Source: Candidatus Woesearchaeota archaeon (GTDB taxonomy: Archaea > Nanobdellota > Nanobdellia > Pacearchaeales > GW2011-AR1). From it: a stretch of 60,335 nucleotides of DNA. Positions 45,125 through 52,700 of this stretch are shown here, piece by piece (positions within the stretch are counted from its first letter, which is position 1; each line of letters begins with the position of its first letter). The position numbers were made by a program, and so were the translations under genes. Location: assembly GCA_964609265.1 (NCBI GenBank), contig CAZSQR010000001.1:1-60335 (forward strand), given 5' to 3'. The notes under the pieces are model-generated. The model searched no databases. It was not told where the DNA came from and saw only the letters and a list, made by a program, of their open reading frames with translations.

Positions 45125-45643
45125 ATGGAAAAAATTAAGGCACATATTGCTAGCGAGACAATTTCAAGCAATTCTACAGAGGCTTTCACTTTACACAAGA
45201 AAAGTAGTTTTGGCGAACCTATAGGAGAAAAAATTCAGTATTCTCTGTCAGAAGCACTTTTCCTTGTTGAAAAGAATAAAACAGAGGTTTTTTGTGGTAA
45301 GAAAAAAATTTCGTCTGAAGAGCTTTTGAAAAAACTCCAGAAAATTGACAAGAGAATCTCGGTTAAATATCGCGTTTTTAAAGATTTAAGGGAAAGGGGC
45401 TATCTTGTAAAAACTGCTCTAAAATTCGGGGCTGACTTTAGAGTTTATGAAAAAGGAGCAAAGCCAGGAAAAAAACATGCCAAATGGATTGTATTCGCAG
45501 ACCATGAATCAAAAAAGCTTACATGGCATGAATTTTCAGCCAAGAATCGTGTTGCCCACAGCACAAAGAAAAAACTGCTCTTAGCGATTGTTGACGACGA
45601 AGGAGATGTCAGTTATTGGGAAGTAAATTGGGTGAGACCCTGA
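45125..45643 (+). CDS. endA: tRNA-splicing endonuclease
   Basis: YRVFKDLRERGYLVKTALKFGADFRVYEKG...HAKWIV is the catalytic C-terminal domain pattern. Confidence 0.85.
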   Translation: MEKIKAHIASETISSNSTEAFTLHKKSSFGEPIGEKIQYSLSEALFLVEKNKTEVFCGKKKISSEELLKKLQKIDKRISVKYRVFKDLRERGYLVKTALKFGADFRVYEKGAKPGKKHAKWIVFADHESKKLTWHEFSAKNRVAHSTKKKLLLAIVDDEGDVSYWEVNWVRP

Positions 45644-45697
45644 TACTTTACATCTAAAGATAAAAATCTTTATAACCTTTCCATTTCTCATTTGATT

Positions 45698-46519
45698 ATG
45701 CCTGCTCAAGATACATCAAAAATAAAAGAAAAAATAATTTCTGTCTTAAGAAGAAACGGTCCAAGTCTCCCGGTTCATATCGCCAGAGAAATTGATTCAA
45801 GTATACTTTTCACGTCTGCATTTCTTTCAGAACTTGTCTCTGAAAAGAAAATAAAAATGAGTAATCTAAAAATTGGAAACTCTCCTCTTTATTTAATTGC
45901 GGGACAGGAATACATGATTGAAAAATATTCCCATTATTTAAAAAGCAAAGAGAAAGAGGCTTTTCATCTTCTAAAAGAAAAAAAATTTATGAAAGACTCT
46001 GAACAGAACCCGGCAATAAGAGTTGCCCTAAAAGAAATAAAAGATTTTGCCATTCCTTTTCAAAAGCCTGATACAGGAGAATTATACTGGAAATTTTTCA
46101 CAGTACCAGAGTCTGAATTCACAGAAAAAATAAAACCAGAACCCAGAAAAGAAGAAAGAAAAAAAATAAAGAAAATTTTCAAAAATAAAACTACAAAAAG
46201 AATGTCTTCTAAAAAAGAGAATAAATTACTAAATAAAGTAAAGGAATTTTTATCCGAGAGAGAAATAGAAATTGTGGATATAATCAGTTTTGATAAAAAT
46301 GAAATAATGTTAAAAATAAAAAAGAGGGACAGCGGGACAGCGAGAATATTCATAGCGTATAAAAAAAAGAAAATTAACGAAGCAGACATTATAAAAGCTG
46401 CAAAAAAAGCTGCTGAATTTGGGCTTCCGTATATGATTGCGAATTCCGGAGGTCCTCTAAAAAAGGTGGAAGATTTAATTAATGCAACAAAAAATCTCTA
46501 CTCTTTTGAAAAACTCTAA
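45698..46519 (+). CDS. Winged-helix-like DNA-binding protein (function unknown)
   Basis: IISVLRRNGPSLPVHIAREIDSS..FLSELVSEKKIK looks like a wHTH. ATG 45698 lies 26 nt after a TATA-like tctttataac. The track starts at TTG 45692. Confidence 0.4.
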   Translation: MPAQDTSKIKEKIISVLRRNGPSLPVHIAREIDSSILFTSAFLSELVSEKKIKMSNLKIGNSPLYLIAGQEYMIEKYSHYLKSKEKEAFHLLKEKKFMKDSEQNPAIRVALKEIKDFAIPFQKPDTGELYWKFFTVPESEFTEKIKPEPRKEERKKIKKIFKNKTTKRMSSKKENKLLNKVKEFLSEREIEIVDIISFDKNEIMLKIKKRDSGTARIFIAYKKKKINEADIIKAAKKAAEFGLPYMIANSGGPLKKVEDLINATKNLYSFEKL

Positions 46520-46588
46520 AATAAAAAAGAGGGACAGATAAAAACTTTTAAAAATAGACAAAAAGATAGATTATTAACACAGGATAAA

Positions 46589-46768
46589 ATGGGAAAAATA
46601 AAAACAAAACTGATAAAGAGAACGACTAAAGAGCTAATAAAGAAAGGTATTAAATTCAGTGAGAGCTTTGAGGGAAATAAAAAAATTCTTGGGAACACAA
46701 TTCCAAGCAAGAAAATAAAAAATCAAATAGCAGGATTCATCGCAAGAATTAAGAAACAAAAGCAGTAA
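46589..46768 (+). CDS. rps17e: 30S ribosomal protein S17e
   Basis: Below track cutoff (59 aa). MGKIKTKLIKRTTKELIKKGIKFSESFEGNKKIL matches the S17e N-terminal pattern MGxIRTKxVKR. Confidence 0.75.
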   Translation: MGKIKTKLIKRTTKELIKKGIKFSESFEGNKKILGNTIPSKKIKNQIAGFIARIKKQKQ

Positions 46769-46794
46769 ATAAATGATATTAATTATCATAAAAT

Positions 46795-47019
46795 TCATTT
46801 CTTTTTCTCAGACAAAAGTCTTTTTATATCCTTAACATCATTTCTTATCTTCTTAATCTCTTTATTCTTTTTCCAGTTTATCACTACATTAATTATACTA
46901 AAAATTAAATAGAGAAGAATGATTCCGCCAAGTGCCTGAATAAGTTTTGTAATAGAAAATAGAGGGGAAGTAAGAGTATCAATAGCACCGGTAGCATTTG
47001 CAATTATTGTTTCAGTCAT
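46795..47019 (-). CDS. Small membrane protein with K-rich tail
   Basis: TM segment LGGIILLYLIFSIINVVI followed by a basic tail. Confidence 0.35.
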   Translation of the reverse strand: MTETIIANATGAIDTLTSPLFSITKLIQALGGIILLYLIFSIINVVINWKKNKEIKKIRNDVKDIKRLLSEKKK

Positions 47020-47077
47020 TTCAAATTTCTAATTTGATAACCTCAAAACTTTTAAATCAAATGCGTTTATTAATCTT

Positions 47078-47150
47078 GTCTCTGTAGCTCAGCGTCAAGA
47101 GCGCCTGTCTCATGAGCAGGAGGTCGGGGGTTAAACTCCCCCCAGAGACA
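47078..47150 (+). tRNA. tRNA with CAU anticodon (elongator Met, or Ile2 if C34 is modified)
   Basis: Acceptor gtctctg/cagagac, anticodon stem cctgt/gcagg with loop ctCATga, T arm ggggg-ttaaact-ccccc. It lacks the initiator-type GGG/CCC anticodon stem. Confidence 0.85.
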
Positions 47151-47153
47151 TTT

Positions 47154-47519
47154 TTAGATTTTATTTAAAGAAGCTCTGATTCTCTCTGCATTTCCTTTGA
47201 TATCTCTTTTATCTGCTTTTACATCTCCTGGAAAAACCCACACGTGTGCATGAGGAACTTCTTCGCCGATAATTTTAGAAATAATCCATTCGGTTCCGAA
47301 AGCTTTTTGTTGAGCCCTAGCTATTTTCTGAACCAGTTCGAAATATTCCCCTATATTTGGTACATCCCAGACCCACCTGTAATGATTTTTAGGAATAACC
47401 TGCACGTGTCCTGGCGACTGAGGATTAATATCCATAAACGCAATAAAGTTGCTATCTTCATAAACTATCTCTGTAGGAATTTCTTTAGCAGCAATCTTAC
47501 AAAAAATACACTCTTTCAT
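47154..47519 (-). CDS. HIT-family (histidine triad) protein
   Basis: CIFCKI...INPQSPGHVQVIPK...HAHVWVFP (HxHxHxx). Confidence 0.85.
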   Translation of the reverse strand: MKECIFCKIAAKEIPTEIVYEDSNFIAFMDINPQSPGHVQVIPKNHYRWVWDVPNIGEYFELVQKIARAQQKAFGTEWIISKIIGEEVPHAHVWVFPGDVKADKRDIKGNAERIRASLNKI

Positions 47520-47644
47520 GAAAGAATCAATACTTCAAAATTTAAAAACTTAATGACAAAAAAATTCTGATAAATACAATTATCAAAAAAGATGAGATAT
47601 CATAAATTAAAATCTAATAAAAAATAAAAAATAAAATAGGGAAT

Positions 47645-47740
47645 TTATCTTTTTTTCTTCTTTTTCTTTTTTGTGGTTTTCTTTTTCTTTTTCTTTTTTG
47701 TGGTTTTCTTTTTCTTCTTAGCCTTTTTTCTTTTAGCCAT
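47645..47740 (-). CDS. Possible 31-aa poly-lysine micro-protein
   Basis: MAKRKKAKKKKKTTKKKKKKKTTKKKKKKKR, with GAGGTG 7 nt upstream of the ATG. It contains a 2 x 27-nt tandem repeat. Weak call. Confidence 0.25.
   Translation of the reverse strand: MAKRKKAKKKKKTTKKKKKKKTTKKKKKKKR
47660..47716. repeat. Two tandem copies of a 27-nt unit
   Basis: cttttttgtggttttcttttt occurs at 47666-47686 and again at 47693-47713 (period 27). Confidence 0.8.
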
Positions 47741-47908
47741 TGTTAACACCTCATTTTAATTAAGAATATTATGAATTAATTGTTTATAAATTTTTTTATA
47801 AATTTTTTGGTGAGATATTCCGGAGGATTTTGTTTGTCCTTTTCCCGTCGATAAAAAAGGTATAAAAGGTTTCTTTTTTATTTTTGATCTTTTTGTAGAA
47901 AATTAAAA

Positions 47909-49609
47909 TTACTTTTTTCTTGTATCCACAAGTTTACCAAATTTTTTGATATTTTCTCCCTCTATTCCATTTTTTAGGGTTTTATTAATCTCGCTAATTT
48001 TAATTCTTACTTGCTCTGTAGAATCTCTGAATCTGATTGTTACATCTTTTTTATCCAGACTGAGTTCATCAACAGTTATGCAGAAAGGGATTCCTGTTTC
48101 ATCAGCCCGTGAATATCTCCGGCCAACACTTCCTCCCATATCAAAGACAACGTTAAAATCTTTTTTTAAAGAACTATAGATCTCTTTCGAAAGTTTAACA
48201 ATTTTTTCATTGGTTTTTACAATCGGAAATATGGCTGCTTTGACGGGTGCAAGACTTGGATGAATTTTTAACACTATATTCTCTCTCTTCTTATCAAAAA
48301 AATAAGAATCAAACATAAAAACAAGAAAAGCCCTTTCAACACCAAGGCTTGGCTCGCAAACAACATGAGGGAGAACTTTTTTTTCTGTCGCAGAGTCAAA
48401 AACCTTTAGGTCTTTTTTGGAAAATTTTTCATGCTGGCTTAAATCATAATCTCCGCGGTCTGCAATGCCTTCAAGTTCTTTCCATCCAAAAGGAAATTTA
48501 TATTCCAAATCCCAAGTATCAGTTGAGTAATGGGAAAGCTCGTATTTTTTATGCTGTCTTATCCTAAAATTTTCAGGGTTTGCTCCAAGACTTTTAAACC
48601 ATAAAAACTCTGTCGCGAGCCAGTAAGCGTGCCAGTCTTTTTTTATTATCTTTTTTTTCAGAGATTCTTTTATTTTCATTTTTACAGGCTCCTGATTTTT
48701 TTCCTGGGCTTCATCATCGTAGACCAAAATTTCCACATCAGGAATTTCATAAGGACAAACTTCTTTTTTAGGGTTTACAAAGTATTCAATTTCCATCTGC
48801 TCAAATTCTCTGGAACGGAACAAAAAATCCCTTGGAGCAATTTCGTTTCTGAATGCTTTTCCAATCTGAGCAATTCCACAGGGCAATTTCAACCTAGCAT
48901 TTTCATAAACAGATTTAAAATTAGTAAAAATCAGCTGGGCAGTCTCAGGTCTTAGATAACTCTTAGAATCTCCTCCAACCATAACCTCAAACATTAATTT
49001 GAATTCCTTTGCTGTCTTCTCGTCGTAATCTCCGCCACAAAATTCACATTTTGTTTTTCCAAGTTCGCCTTTGCTAGTCTTACTTTGTTTTTTGCATTTT
49101 TTGCAAACAACAAAAATATCGCTAAAACTTTCAACATGGCCTGAAGCTTCCCATGTTTTTGGATGTGTGATAATGCTGCCGTCAATTCCGGCAATATCAT
49201 CCCTCTGTTTTACATGGAAGTCCCACCAGGCTCTCTTAATATTATTTTTAAGTTCAACCCCTAAATGACCAAAATCCCAGAAACCTGCAAATCCCCCATA
49301 AATTTCTCCTGAAGGATAAACAAAACCTTTTCTCCTGCAAAAAGTCGCAAGTTCTTCAATTGAAATATTCTGCTTTTCCATAACTGATACCTTTTTTTTC
49401 AATTTTCCTAAATGTGAGGCAGGTTTGGTGTCTTTTGATTTTTCTTTCTTCATTTTTTCGATTATTTGTCTGGCTTTTTTCTCTGCTTGTTTTTTATCTT
49501 TTCCAAGATAACCAAGGCACTTGCTTATAACCTTTTTACCCTCTCTCACGCTTTTTCGAAGATAATAATAATCTTTTCCATGAACTTTTTGTTTAACTAT
49601 AAAAGCCAT
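47909..49609 (-). CDS. glyS: Glycyl-tRNA synthetase (archaeal/eukaryal alpha2 type) with an N-terminal extension of about 76 aa
   Basis: GFVYPSGEIYGGFAGFWDFGHLG, FRNEIAPR, LRPETAQ, EPSLGVERAF. ATG 49609 lies 27 nt after a TATA-like box. The track starts at GTG 49621. Confidence 0.9.
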   Translation of the reverse strand: MAFIVKQKVHGKDYYYLRKSVREGKKVISKCLGYLGKDKKQAEKKARQIIEKMKKEKSKDTKPASHLGKLKKKVSVMEKQNISIEELATFCRRKGFVYPSGEIYGGFAGFWDFGHLGVELKNNIKRAWWDFHVKQRDDIAGIDGSIITHPKTWEASGHVESFSDIFVVCKKCKKQSKTSKGELGKTKCEFCGGDYDEKTAKEFKLMFEVMVGGDSKSYLRPETAQLIFTNFKSVYENARLKLPCGIAQIGKAFRNEIAPRDFLFRSREFEQMEIEYFVNPKKEVCPYEIPDVEILVYDDEAQEKNQEPVKMKIKESLKKKIIKKDWHAYWLATEFLWFKSLGANPENFRIRQHKKYELSHYSTDTWDLEYKFPFGWKELEGIADRGDYDLSQHEKFSKKDLKVFDSATEKKVLPHVVCEPSLGVERAFLVFMFDSYFFDKKRENIVLKIHPSLAPVKAAIFPIVKTNEKIVKLSKEIYSSLKKDFNVVFDMGGSVGRRYSRADETGIPFCITVDELSLDKKDVTIRFRDSTEQVRIKISEINKTLKNGIEGENIKKFGKLVDTRKK

Positions 49610-49630
49610 AGAGTTATACACTACAAATAG

Positions 49631-49640
49631 ATATATAAAT
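49631..49640 (-). promoter_or_regulatory. TATA-like box upstream of glyS (positions the long N-terminal extension as translated)
   Basis: Minus-strand atttatatat, centred 27 nt upstream of ATG 49609. Confidence 0.5.
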
Positions 49641-49739
49641 CTTTGGTATTAACTACATTTAAATATTTATATACATATATAATAAGTATTCTTATAAAAA
49701 TACATACTTTTTTAAGGCTAATTACATACATGATAGGTA

Positions 49740-52700
49740 ATGGGAAGAACTCGAATAGCTAAAGCTATAATTTTGTCATTAAGGGAGAAAATAAACCTTG
49801 CTGAAAAAGGTGAAAAATATTTTTTAGATTATTTAAATAAACTAGAAGAAAAATATCAGAAGGGGGAAATTTTCTATGATTTTTATGTTGAGACTATTTA
49901 CAAACATTTCGAAGGAAGAACAATAAAAGGATGGATTGAGTATTATGATAATTACATAAAAGGATGTAAAAAAAAGATAAAAGAACAGAAAAAGACTTTA
50001 TTAAGGAAAAAAATTTTGAATAGTTTTCTTTTCTTATTTTTCTTTTCTGTTTTAACCTTAAGCATTCTTAATACATCAGTGAAATTCACTGGTTTTGGAG
50101 TGCAGGAACAGGAGAATTTGACCAAAAATATTACAGAATTTAATGAATCAGATTCAGATGAAATAAAAGGAGAGATTTCTCAAAACCAAACAAATATAAG
50201 TTCTTCCCAAGAGAAATCTCCTCCTTTTTCTGAAACAACAGAAGAATCAGCTGAAGAAAATATAACAAAATCAGAAGAGAATATAACAGAAATTTCTGAA
50301 GAAGAGGTACCAGTTAATATAACAGAAAATGAAACTGAAGTAAACATTACAGAACCAGAAGAGAATATCACTGAAGAAATACCTGAAGAACCAGAAACAA
50401 ATATAACAGAGTCAGAAGAGAATGCAACTGCAGAGGTTCCTGAAGAGATACCTGAAACAAATATAACAGAAAATATTACTGAAGAGATTACTGAAGAAAT
50501 AAATATCACTGCAAATGCAACCATCACAACAATCCAACAGCAAGCAGTTCTTGGACAGCCAGTTAAATGGAAAAAACAAATTTCTCCAGAGACCCCTGGA
50601 AATCTGACATTAAAACTGCCAAAAGAGGCAGAAAACATACAAATTAATAAAATAAAAGAAAAACAAGAAACAAAGGCAAGAGCAAGCATTACAGGAGGAG
50701 TTATTGGAACAGGAGAAAAAGAATCAATAATTTTAAAGATATTTAATTTCTTCAAAAATTTTTTAAATAAAATATTTGGAACAATAACAGGAAAGGCAAT
50801 AGCAACAGAAGGAGAAGAAAAAGAAATTGAGGTAGAGATTGATGATGAGACTGCAGAATATGAAATTGAATATGAAACTCCTGCACCTTATGCAATTGAA
50901 GAAGACTTGCAGAATGGAAAAAAGATAACTATTGTTGGCCCAGAAACAATTCACTATGAAAATGTTCTGGCTTTCACAGAGTTAAACGAAAAGCTTAATA
51001 TCAAAAATCCCTTTTCTGTAAAAATTTACTGGATTGAAAATGACTCATATATACCCATACAGAACATAAATGATTCAGACAGCAACGGAATTTATGACTA
51101 TATTGAATGGGTTGTGCCGAGTTTGTCAGAGCAAACATTTGAAATAATTGTTATAACAAAAGCAGAGCACCTTAATGAGAATAAGGAATTTATTTCTGAC
51201 ATTTATGAAGAAGTTAAGGAGTTAGATGATATATGGAGTGAGGAAATTTCAGATGGAGAGTATATAAGAGTCACTTTTGAAAGGGCACTTGATAATACAA
51301 AAGATATAACAATTTACCCCCGCATTACAAACGGAGATCCAAGAATAGAAGTTTATGAAATTAATGGCACAGAATTAATTGCAGAATTTTCTGAAATTAA
51401 TTCAAATGAATATAATACAGCTTACTTAACCAATCTCCAAGGACAAAAGGATGTTTTTGATTTAAAGATTTTAGACGGAAATATCGAAATTGATTATATT
51501 GTTGATCCTCTAGCAGAGATAACAAAAGTAGGAACAGATACATATAATTCAAGTGCAGCTTCACCATTAGAATTTTCACACACTCTTGTCGAAGGAGATA
51601 ACAGATTAGTTGTTGTTTACTTTGGTGCTGAAAATAATGGTGAAAATGATGTAACAAGTGTAACTTATGGTGGACAATCCATGACCCAGGCTGTTGAAGA
51701 TGGTGGAACAGGAACAGGATACCAAAACAGAGCAGAAATTTGGTATATTCTGGAGAATGACCTTCCATCTAATGGTGCTAATACAGTATCAGCTACAATT
51801 ACTCCAGCAAGTACATTAGATTTTAAGGCATATGCTGCTGAATATACTGGTGTAAATCAGGGAATACCTGAAGCCACAGACGGAACTTATCAAACATCGG
51901 GTTCTACAATTGAAAATACAATTAGTCCTTCTACTGATGCTTGGGTGTTTTCAGCAATGGACGAAGGAAATACAGGTTCTTGGGCACATGGCCAAAGTCA
52001 GGAAGAATTGTGGGACTTTCAAGATGCTTCTTCACAATTTGCTGTTACAGAACTTCGTGGTGCAGATGGGGAAACATCAGTAGATTCTACTTTTACAGGA
52101 ACTGCCAATCGTTTGGCAAGAGTTGCTGCATCATTTGCACCTGCAATAACCAATTCCGCACCATCAACACCAACAAACATAACTTGTGATGGGGGAAATT
52201 GTAACATAACTATTGATACTACTGTTAATATAAATGCCTCTGGCTCCGTAGACGATGATTCAGATGATATAACTTATTTCATTGAAGCTTCTTTAGAAGA
52301 TATAGTAACAAGCGAAAATTCAACAGATGTTAGTATGGCTGGGAGTGGGGGAAGTGGAGGGGGAATTGCATTATATGATGGTTTCAATGAAGGTCCGGCA
52401 GAAGGTCAAGTATCTACAAGTAATTGGGCTGATGGTGGGGGTGACTATTATTGGTTGTATGGTGATGGTAATACGCCATCAGGTACCACAGGTGACAATG
52501 TCAATGTAGAAGGTGACTATTTTATTTATATAGAGTCATCAAGTCACACTAATGAAAACAATTACCTCGTCAGTTCTGAATTCGAATTAGCTTCTAGCGA
52601 TACTTTAGTTCTTGACTTCTTGTATTATATGTATGGTGCGCATATACAAACTTTAAAAATTGAGATAGATTACGGTGGTGGTTGGGATGAACTCTGGAGC

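Noticed and set aside
47660-47716. Possible CRISPR-like or minisatellite array
   Set aside because: There are only two copies of a 27-nt unit with no spacers, lying inside an A/T homopolymer-rich micro-ORF. It is not a CRISPR array. No cas genes or repeat-spacer structure occur anywhere in the window.
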